A stretch of DNA of 63,166 nt, the filler included, from Globobulimina sp. (Eukaryota): the NCBI GenBank assembly GCA_003354225.1. It is 38 parts of 38 records of this genome, joined end to end, with 100 filler letters (N's around TTAATTAATTAA, not from the genome) between each part and the next. Parts side by side here need not be neighbours in the genome. Positions count along the whole stretch, not along the records: positions 61,604 to 63,166 come from PIVH01014786.1; 37 more parts are not named here. One strand, written 5' to 3'. A program made the translations under genes and the position numbers. The notes beneath the pieces are model-generated. The model was given only the letters and a program-made list of their open reading frames with translations, was not told where the DNA came from and ran no database searches. Positions 61,604 through 63,166 of this stretch are shown in pieces (within the stretch, counting starts at the first letter, position 1; each line of letters opens with the position of its first letter).

Positions 61604-63166
61604 TGATTTGCCCATATTACCACCGGCATTGGAATCCATAGAATCGCAATCACCGCAACCACAACCACAACAACTATGTCATAAAAACGCCGTGCAAAAT
61701 GTGATGAAAGAATTAGCCGACTCGAAAGAACACATTGACCGCACAGTCTTACCCTCATCACATAATTTCAACGGTCGGCCTTGTTTAAACATGAAAGAAT
61801 TCTTCAAATTAATGACTGAAAAGCATAAAAAACAGCAAAACCTAGATGCGTTATACTCGTTAGTTGAGAATGACAGTGACTCAATCATCGGCTTTGTCGA
61901 ATTAAATGGCTTATCATTCATCGACGAATGGCTTGAGACTGCGCGTAAAGCAAACGATTATTGGCTCTCTCTCTGCATCCTACAGTTCCTCGCGCATCAC
62001 AACCTGCACATAACCTATCAATCCCTGCAGACTGCGCCCATCGCCAAAGCCGTGAAACAGTTTATAAACCCACTGGTCAGCAACCAGCATTCGCATAAAG
62101 TATTATCACCGCAGTCCCTGCCACGTTTAACCGATAAAATCCGCGCATTGTTGCCGCCGCATTTAAACAGTTCGCGGGCCAATGACAACTTCGCCACTGT
62201 GATTGACCGCGCTGTCATTCATAAAATCGTATACAAAGACAAAGATATGGCGACTATCAGTTACTTGCAGTCCCAATTTGCCTCTCGGATTGTCAACAAA
62301 TGGAAGAAATTTGTCGGCGACTGGAAAAAACATAAGTTTGTTTACATTTTTGTTTATGTTTTTGTATGCGAATTCCCGTCAATTTGTGTGTTTGTGTTTT
62401 AGTAATAGGCCGTTGTATCGCTGTGTGAGATTTGCTGATGAAAAGGTCAAACCATTGGTGACTCGCACCATTTTCCATTTGCATGACGCACCGCTGTTGA
62501 TTACGCAACAGAGGGACAAGAAACGGAGGGAGAAAATGTCGACCACTGTCAAGTGGTATCATCCGCATCGAATGCACTTAGAATCGGTATTAGAGTCGGA
62601 TTCCAAGCACAACCTCGAACGGGGCAGAGACTCCCAAGAGCAAACTATACAAAACGAGCGGGTGATGGGCGAGTTGGAGGAGTTTCCCATTGGAACGGAG
62701 AATTTAAAGGACCCCAAATCGCTCTGCACTTCGCCTGTCACTGTCTCGCCAGCCTCAAAACCCACCGTCATTCCCCTTGAAAGCGAAGTATGTTTCAGTT
62801 TAAACCAATTTTTTCTTTTTTCGTCTGCAAGCTTGAAATTTTTGTTTTTCAGTTTCAAACTATTAAACATTCTTTGCTTCAGCAAACCTCACCATCGGTG
62901 GAGTTAAACAAAGGACGGAATATTGGAGCCCCTGGGACCATGGTGCCTGGTATGGCGGCACCACCGTATATGGCCACGCGTGGACAGCATGGCCATGGTC
63001 ACGGCCCTATGAGCTATCCCACTATGCCTCCACCGCAAGCACATATGATGGCAGCTAGAGGTCCCCCTTACACTCATCCACATCCGCACCCACATCCACA
63101 TCCACCTCATGTGCCACCCTATCATGCACATCCACAGCCACATCCACAACCACATCCAGCTGGTTA
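61604..63166 (+). CDS. PNUTS/PPP1R10-like protein (TFIIS-N-like helical domain, RVxF motif, His/Pro-rich tail), two probable introns (~62336-62405, ~62788-62882)
   Basis: FVELNGL..IDEWL, LQTAPIAKAVK, ASRIVNKWKK; RCVRF PP1-docking-like motif; HP repeats. Confidence 0.55.

Noticed and set aside
1-63166. tRNA, rRNA or CRISPR loci
   Set aside because: No cloverleaf, rRNA-conserved segment or repeat-spacer array recognised by eye; a covariance-model scan would be needed to exclude small RNAs

Overview
This window is not contiguous DNA. It is 38 short contigs (1563-1566 bp, sorted by length) joined by an artificial 100-bp spacer (44 N + TTAATTAATTAA + 44 N), so gene order across spacers means nothing and most genes are truncated. 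The content is AT-rich eukaryotic nuclear DNA with short (55-100 nt) spliceosomal introns. The gene families suggest a protist, most plausibly a foraminiferan or other rhizarian; this is inference, and more than one source organism cannot be excluded. Recognisable genes include a CRE-type non-LTR retrotransposon RLE end, an intron-containing BCCT transporter, a DEAH helicase, eIF4E, eIF4A, a bL25-like protein, a PhyH dioxygenase, AIG1/septin-like GTPases, ARMT1/DUF89, Vps52, Alba, P2X, EF-hand proteins, Der/EngA, an EXD2-like exonuclease, a GPS-domain receptor, a nitroreductase, Mpo1/DUF962, RGS, TPR-SET, a type II citrate synthase, a formin and a PNUTS-like protein. Four observations stand out. 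(1) A Pdx2-Pdx1 PLP-synthase fusion has a GC-AG intron and an internal TAA, and its read-through tail ends in the peroxisomal signal SKL. (2) Vps52 has a second in-frame TAA. (3) A 28-bp motif is shared just upstream of the ATG of two unrelated genes. (4) One contig has exact 119-bp terminal repeats, indicating a 1446-bp circle or tandem unit that carries gene fragments. All family calls are by motif recognition only; no searches were run.
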